Origin: Candidatus Sericytochromatia bacterium
Lineage (GTDB): Bacteria; Cyanobacteriota; Sericytochromatia; S15B-MN24; JAQBPE01
Direction: 5' to 3'
NCBI GenBank assembly: GCA_035284745.1
Contig: JAYKIL010000031.1
Span: 37,201-101,200, forward strand
Length of the DNA stretch: 64,000 nt
Part shown: positions 59,500 through 64,000 of the stretch, one piece after another
How positions within the stretch are numbered: position 1 is the first letter of the stretch
Layout of the letters: each line of letters opens with the position of its first letter
Notes under the pieces: model-generated
Told to the model about the DNA's origin: nothing
Seen by the model: the letters and a program-made list of their open reading frames with translations, nothing else
The model's database searches: none
Position numbers and translations under genes: made by a program

Positions 59500-60198
59500 A
59501 TGATTGACGGCGCGGCTGATGAATTATTTGAGGTGGCTGTTCGGGCATCTCAAGCCGTCGGAACCAATTTGGTGTCGGTGGTTTTAACGGAACTGCCGCC
59601 GGGGCTTCGCGAGTCGTACCATACGCCCGGACAGTACCTTGTGCTGCAACTCAATGAGCAGAGGCTCTACCTGGCACTGGCTTCTGCGCCAGGAGACGAG
59701 GATTTTGAGTTGTTGGTGCGCACGGGTGGCGGGAATGCCGCGGATCAGTTAGCCCAGCTCACGGTCGGGGCCCGTCTAAAGGTGCGGTCGGTTGCTGGGA
59801 AGGGGTTCCCCCGCACCTCTCCCGGCTCTGCCGCTACGTGCATGGTGGTGGCTGGTTCTGGAATTGCGCCCATGCGTGCGGTCATTGGGCACGCGATAGC
59901 GACTGGTCAACCTCTTGACGGGTGGAGTCTCTATTGGGGAGCCAAAAATAATACCTGCCGTCCCTATCTAGAGGAAGTTCCTGCTTGGCAAAATTTGGGG
60001 TTGCAGGTGGTGATGGCTGACAGCGAACCACTCAATGGAGCTTCAGGTCAGTATGTGCAGGACGCTTTGCGAAATTTGTCTTTGGAGCCGTCACGCCAGC
60101 AGGTTTTCTTGTGTGGAATGAAGCCAATGATAGAGGCCGTCAAGGAGCAATTGACGGCTCGAGGACTGCCCCAGGCAGCGATTCACCTGAATTTTTAA
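59500..60198 (+). CDS. Ferredoxin-reductase-like FAD/NAD(P)-binding oxidoreductase
   Basis: PGQY, AGSGIAP, FLCG..PM, C-terminal aromatic residue (HLNF). Confidence 0.82.
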   Translation: MIDGAADELFEVAVRASQAVGTNLVSVVLTELPPGLRESYHTPGQYLVLQLNEQRLYLALASAPGDEDFELLVRTGGGNAADQLAQLTVGARLKVRSVAGKGFPRTSPGSAATCMVVAGSGIAPMRAVIGHAIATGQPLDGWSLYWGAKNNTCRPYLEEVPAWQNLGLQVVMADSEPLNGASGQYVQDALRNLSLEPSRQQVFLCGMKPMIEAVKEQLTARGLPQAAIHLNF

Positions 60199-60209
60199 AG
60201 GAGTTGGTG

Positions 60210-60761
60210 ATGCGTATTTATACCAAGACGGGAGATGCGGGTGAGACATCGCTGTACCGTGGTGGCCGGATCCCCAAAAATGCAAGTCGCCTCGAAGCCT
60301 ACGGCACCTTGGATGAGTTGAACGCCGTATTGGGGCAGGCATTGGCTTTCGCTCCTGAGGAAGAAGCCTTGGACGCGCACGTTTACGCGGTGGTGAAACG
60401 GGTTCAGCGAGATCTTTTCTGCCTGGGCGCGCAACTGGCGACCCTGGGTGAGCAACCGCCCGCGTGGCGCATTGAAGAAAACGATGTCAAACGCCTCGAA
60501 ATGGCCATTGATGCGATGGATGCTGAACTTCCCCCGATGCAGACCTTCATTCTTCCGGGGGGACATCCGTTCGGCGCGACGTTGCACGTGGCACGGACCG
60601 TCGCGCGGCGGGCGGAACGTTTAATTGTGGGGGTCTCTCGCTCGGAGGATATTGATCCGAGCATTGGCATTTACATTAATCGATTGTCCGATTACCTTTT
60701 CGTTGCCGCGCGTTATGCGAATATGCGGCTTGATAAACCGGAACCGCCATTGGTCATTTAA
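60210..60761 (+). CDS. PduO-type ATP:cob(I)alamin adenosyltransferase
   Basis: IYTKTGDAGET, YGTLDELN, FILPGG, RTVARRAER, NRLSDYLF; AAGGAG RBS. Confidence 0.94.
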   Translation: MRIYTKTGDAGETSLYRGGRIPKNASRLEAYGTLDELNAVLGQALAFAPEEEALDAHVYAVVKRVQRDLFCLGAQLATLGEQPPAWRIEENDVKRLEMAIDAMDAELPPMQTFILPGGHPFGATLHVARTVARRAERLIVGVSRSEDIDPSIGIYINRLSDYLFVAARYANMRLDKPEPPLVI

Positions 60762-61443
60762 GGGGCCCGTGAGGGCTCCAGAGGGTTCGAAGCGGAGCAT
60801 AGTCCCGAAGAAAGATAATTTTGCTAGAACGCAAAGTGGGCGGCTGCAGACATTGATTAAGAAGGCCGAGCGGTAAACCGAGGCCGAGGGAAAAAAAAGC
60901 CTGCGTCCAGGCGTCAATGGGGTGCGGGACCAAGACATACGGCGGCGTCTCCAGCCCCCGAAGCCCCAGGCTGATGAACCCACTGTAAACGATGCCCCAA
61001 CCCCAGTGTGCTTTGCCGGCAAACAAGGCGTAGGCGATGCCCGCAAAACCTCCGCCCAGTCCCCAGATCAAAATCTGTTGAGTCTCCCAGCCTGTGAGGC
61101 CCCCTGTCGTCAAAAAGGTGGGGGCGCCGCCTGCTCTCGCGTTCAGAATCATTCCTGCAAAAATTCCCGCTGTTGTTCCGGAGAGCATTCCCGCTCCGGT
61201 CAGTCGCAAGAGGTATCTTTCGTGCCATCCAGCGAGCAGAAGAATCAGACAAGACAGAGCTATCAAGGGAGCTAAATCGGGGGACATGGACATTGAGATG
61301 CTCTTGGCGCTGCGCAGCACGAATATTGCGGGGGGGATTGCGGAAAGGGCTGCCGCAAGCATTGCGAAACGGGTTTTGGGGCGCCGCCAAATCGCGCCGA
61401 GTCCAATGGGAAGGCCCGGTAGATGGGGGGGGCGTCTCGTCAT
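60754..61443 (-). CDS. Hypothetical multi-pass membrane protein
   Basis: Several Gly-rich hydrophobic segments; GGAGG RBS before ATG 61443. Confidence 0.65.
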   Translation of the reverse strand: MTRRPPHLPGLPIGLGAIWRRPKTRFAMLAAALSAIPPAIFVLRSAKSISMSMSPDLAPLIALSCLILLLAGWHERYLLRLTGAGMLSGTTAGIFAGMILNARAGGAPTFLTTGGLTGWETQQILIWGLGGGFAGIAYALFAGKAHWGWGIVYSGFISLGLRGLETPPYVLVPHPIDAWTQAFFSLGLGLPLGLLNQCLQPPTLRSSKIIFLRDYAPLRTLWSPHGPLK

Positions 61444-61512
61444 TGGTGTGCCTCCTGTAGCCTCTGTTATATGCAACATGAAGGCAGAAGAGAACACCTG
61501 GTCGCTGGAAAC

Positions 61513-61575
61513 AAAAAAACCTAACCAGTGGACTGCTGACGGCTTATTTGCACAAGTCAAGCATCCCGGTTAGGT
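61513..61575 (-). ncRNA. Candidate ~63-nt hairpin sRNA or attenuator
   Basis: Terminal 8-bp stem ACCUAACC/GGUUAGGU, inner pairing, U7 tail; 5' end coincides with the predicted TSS. Confidence 0.5.
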
Positions 61576-61581
61576 ATTTCG

Positions 61582-61610
61582 ACTATACCGAAGCGGGTCT
61601 CCTTAAGCAA
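61582..61610 (-). promoter_or_regulatory. Sigma70 promoter of the candidate hairpin RNA
   Basis: TTGCTT-N17-TATAGT (same -35 hexamer as the nrdJ promoter). Confidence 0.6.
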
Positions 61611-61716
61611 ATTAAGTTTCGGTGAATGCATAGAACCCTGTGATGGCTTCGAATTGCGGAGGGTGTGCTTCCCTTCATACTTGACGGGTATAAAGGGCGT
61701 GAGCGAGGAGTCTGAA

Positions 61717-62505
61717 ATGCCGGGGCGAGACGTCCTGAAATATGTCATGGGCTTCTTTGGAAAAGGGGCGATTCCTGCAAGCCCTGCCAAGCCACGGCGG
61801 CCTCAACGGATGCCGCCCCCTCCGGTACTTGCGTCTCGGCCGCCGGACCCCGAAACGTTGAACCCTGCCAATATTACTCACGTAGGCCGTACGTCGGACC
61901 AACGGGATCTGATTCGAACCCAGGGGTTGGGGTCATTTTTGGTGGATCGGGAAACTCCCACCATCTGTTATTTTTTACAAGGACAGGTGGCGGAGATACC
62001 GACCGTGGAATTAAGGCACCTGTTCGCTTGTTTGATGGAAAAACGAGACTTTGAGGCTTTTTCTCCTCACTATGTCGATCTCCTGAACGTGGCCTCGTTC
62101 GAATTGCAGGCACGATCGGGAAAAATTCAGCGGGCGACGCCGGGCCCAAAAGGTCGGCCTGCTCCCGCCAAACCATTGCCTCGCACACCTTTGAATCGAA
62201 ACGCTCAGCCCCATTGGCCGGACCCAGAGAACCCTGCAACGATCACGAGAGTGGGACGTTCGGCCGCTGATACTGAATTAATCATGACGCTGGGCCTCGG
62301 TACTTTTGTTGTCTATAGAGACCCTGCGAGGCTCCGTTATTTTGACCGGGGACGGGAGTGGGATGTCCCGCCGGGTGAGCTGCAAATATTAATTGAAGCC
62401 CTTCAGGCGAAGCAGGACACGAACTTGCATCAGGCGAGCTATCTCGATCTTCTTAATGTGGCGATGACGATGCAAGAATCCCTTCCTAAGAGACGTCGTC
62501 GATAG
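61717..62505 (+). CDS. Hypothetical protein with a tandem-duplicated ~83-aa domain
   Basis: PDPE..NPA.IT.VGR...LI.T.GLG.F.V.R...YF...EL..L...Y.DLLNVA occurs twice; GAGGAG RBS. Confidence 0.72.
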   Translation: MPGRDVLKYVMGFFGKGAIPASPAKPRRPQRMPPPPVLASRPPDPETLNPANITHVGRTSDQRDLIRTQGLGSFLVDRETPTICYFLQGQVAEIPTVELRHLFACLMEKRDFEAFSPHYVDLLNVASFELQARSGKIQRATPGPKGRPAPAKPLPRTPLNRNAQPHWPDPENPATITRVGRSAADTELIMTLGLGTFVVYRDPARLRYFDRGREWDVPPGELQILIEALQAKQDTNLHQASYLDLLNVAMTMQESLPKRRRR

Positions 62506-62529
62506 CTTGCGGGCCTTTCACTCGCCATT

Positions 62530-63171
62530 GTGACCCTTGCCGCTTCGAAGCATTGCGTGAAACCTTTATGGTGGATAGCACTGAACAGGAGGGCTGTCGT
62601 GCCGCGCGCGTTGTCGAGTGAAGCTACCCAAGAGGCCGCTGCATTTGCGCTTGTGAACGCCGTTCGTCAGGTTCGGGATCTTTATTTGGCACCCGTTTCT
62701 CAAGTGGTGTTGAACTATCAGGGTGAGGTTGACGCCCTTGGATGCGGCTGGTCCGCTTTTGAGGCAGGCGTTGCCCTCCTTGAGGTTGTTGCCACTGGGC
62801 GCTTGGGGACTCACGGTCGGGTGCTCGGTGTGCAAGCAAATTTTGAGAGAATGCAGCCGATCGTGAGCGTCGCGATAGAGCGCTCGCTGCCTGTGCTGCG
62901 TCTTGGCTTTGCCTCAAGAGATTTTTATGCTCTCGACCTGGAGGAGGAATACCGTTTGGCATTTCGGCCTGTGTTCAGCAGTGCCGATCCCTGGTACCAG
63001 CAGCGTGGTCAGTCCTTGGAGAACTTAGCGCGTGCCTGGAATATTCCGGTGAATCAGGGTGTTTATGAATTGGGCACGTGGCACGGCTTGGAAAATACGT
63101 GGGACCGCGAGGCGCCGAGACGGGTGCTCGCCTTGGCGTGGCTGTTACACGCGTTTCGGCCCGGGGTTTGA
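62530..63171 (+). CDS. Hypothetical protein
   Basis: 213-aa ORF filling the gap; no motif recognised; start uncertain. Confidence 0.5.
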   Translation: MTLAASKHCVKPLWWIALNRRAVVPRALSSEATQEAAAFALVNAVRQVRDLYLAPVSQVVLNYQGEVDALGCGWSAFEAGVALLEVVATGRLGTHGRVLGVQANFERMQPIVSVAIERSLPVLRLGFASRDFYALDLEEEYRLAFRPVFSSADPWYQQRGQSLENLARAWNIPVNQGVYELGTWHGLENTWDREAPRRVLALAWLLHAFRPGV

Positions 63172-64000
63172 TGGGGGGCTGAACGGCCACCGAAAAACCG
63201 TCAGCAGTCGCCACGCACCCAGCCATTGGGGCAGATGACCCCGCCAAGTGTCTTGCGCCAGACGGGCGAGCACCCTTTGCATAAGAGGGACGGCCTCCGG
63301 TGACAAGGCCCAGGCCGCCAGTTTTGTGCCCAGTTCTTGAAGGTTGATCCTGGGGTCGTCCCGCAACATTTCGGCCAGCTTGGACATTTGTTCCCAGTCC
63401 GGCGTTTCGCCACTCAAAACGGCGTCCGCCAGTCGCGAGCGTAAGTCTTCTGCATCAGCGGATAGCAGCCAGCTCATCCCCATTTGGGCCACCTCACCCA
63501 GACGAAAGCCTGGATCGCGCTGTGCCAGGCGAATTAATTCATTGAGCCGCGCCCAGTTGATACCATTATCATTGAGTAGTTCGCCCAAAAACCGCTCGCG
63601 CAAAGATTTTCCTCCCTCGGTGAGCAGTAATTTTGCAGCGTAGGGGATAGAAACATCGAATGCATGGAACTTTGGGTCTAGCTGTAAGCCAATTCCCTCG
63701 AGGGCGATCAGCGTGCGGATGATCATCGAGAAGGAAATGGGCACACGCAGTTGGTATCGGTAAAAAATATCCGCGAGTGGCTCGGTCATCTGACGAAAAG
63801 TGGGGCGCTGGGACAGAGGAGCATTCGTCGCCTCCAGAATCCATTGTATGGTGGGCTTCAAGGGAGCCGGGTCCTGTCCTTTTTCCAAAAAACCTAATGC
63901 TGCCATATCGTCCACGAGCGCGTTCACATCCTGGTCGACGAGATGCAGAAAGGTGTCTACCAAGCGCAGTTGCATGGCCCTGGGAATTTCCCCCATCATT
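63145..64000 (-). CDS. AarF/ABC1/UbiB-family atypical kinase, C-terminal part (5' partial)
   Basis: MMG following the DFG position, LRVP..F..IIRTLIALEGIG..LDP.F. Confidence 0.85.
   Translation of the reverse strand, partial: MMGEIPRAMQLRLVDTFLHLVDQDVNALVDDMAALGFLEKGQDPAPLKPTIQWILEATNAPLSQRPTFRQMTEPLADIFYRYQLRVPISFSMIIRTLIALEGIGLQLDPKFHAFDVSIPYAAKLLLTEGGKSLRERFLGELLNDNGINWARLNELIRLAQRDPGFRLGEVAQMGMSWLLSADAEDLRSRLADAVLSGETPDWEQMSKLAEMLRDDPRINLQELGTKLAAWALSPEAVPLMQRVLARLAQDTWRGHLPQWLGAWRLLTVFRWPFSPPSNPGPKRV

Noticed and set aside
1-64000. tRNA (including tRNA-Sec), rRNA, CRISPR arrays, IS elements, prophage
   Set aside because: None recognised by eye; the Sec machinery would have to be elsewhere in the genome

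Overview
Gene-dense bacterial chromosomal segment (~60 CDS, mostly housekeeping) with no rRNA, tRNA, CRISPR array, transposase or phage genes that I can see. It mixes cyanobacteria-like genes (adjacent panC/cmk, NTP-transferase/phosphomannomutase fusion next to a GT4, short SSB, Hsp70/GrpE-like pair, AarF kinase) with Firmicutes-like arrangements (CIRCE-hrcA-grpE-dnaK-dnaJ, cysE-cysS-mrnC-rlmB, split GcvP) and shows no photosynthesis genes. This suggests, by inference only, a non-photosynthetic cyanobacterial relative such as Sericytochromatia or Melainabacteria. The best finding is a gene missed by the ORF track: a 73-codon SelW/Rdx-family selenoprotein (36432-36211, minus strand) with a CxxU motif, an in-frame TGA and a bacterial-type SECIS hairpin. 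It heads a putative operon with a TIGR04552-like (RelA/SpoT-fold) protein, lies next to a perfect CRP-type box, and is divergent from an RHH protein that converges on an ExeA-AAA/ParB pair lacking ParA. Other items: an orphan Csm2-like protein beside a C39-like peptidase, a promoter-defined ~63-nt hairpin RNA, a beta-propeller with a CxxCH motif, and the heat-shock operon running directly into cysE-cysS-mrnC-rlmB.
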